Below, one piece after another: positions 63,841-64,000 of a DNA stretch of 64,000 nucleotides. The number at the start of each line of letters is the position of its first letter. Position 1 is the first letter of the stretch. The notes under the pieces were generated by a model, which was given only the letters and a program-made list of their open reading frames with translations, searched no databases and was not told the DNA's origin. Source of the DNA: the human T2T-CHM13v2.0 reference genome, Homo sapiens; the NCBI RefSeq assembly GCF_009914755.1, contig NC_060926.1. One strand, written 5' to 3'. A program made the translations under genes and the position numbers.

Positions 63841-64000
63841 ACCCTTCGATAGACAGATGTTAATTATCTTCCTCATATTTTATGGATTATATCACAATAA
63901 GTGCAATCGAATCCAAAATATTTTATTATGTTAATGGTCTTCTCTATTAAACAATAATCCTAGAGATTATTGGTAAAGATGGCAATCATTGGCAAAGATG

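Overview
Primate (human/great-ape-like) non-coding genomic DNA: AT-rich and very dense in transposable elements. No host protein-coding gene, RNA gene or CRISPR array can be supported. The longer ORFs are decayed LINE-1 ORF1/ORF2 pieces, Alu read-throughs or simple repeats. Contents: an internally deleted, 3'-truncated L1P3-type element (~961-4469); a full-length inactive L1PA6/7-like element (6633-12839) inside a Charlie1a DNA transposon; about 13 MaLR LTRs, including a complete LTR-int-LTR MLT1B-like element with an internal 28-bp minisatellite; about 12 Alus; MER50, LTR33, MER53, MER2, MER20, MER8, MER63 and Tigger2a; and old L1M/L2/MIR fragments. Most notable: (i) a MER41 ERV segment that starts at the expected LTR transcription start, ends in an L1 3' end with poly(A), and lies inside a TPRT-type target-site duplication (candidate retroposed ERV-L1 chimeric RNA); (ii) a 142-bp templated insertion with local duplication in the middle of an AluJ; (iii) a possibly internally primed L1; (iv) a nested AT-rich palindrome; (v) a candidate 24-nt micro-exon. 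Family and subfamily names come from my recollection of consensus sequences, not from an alignment, and need RepeatMasker/Dfam confirmation.
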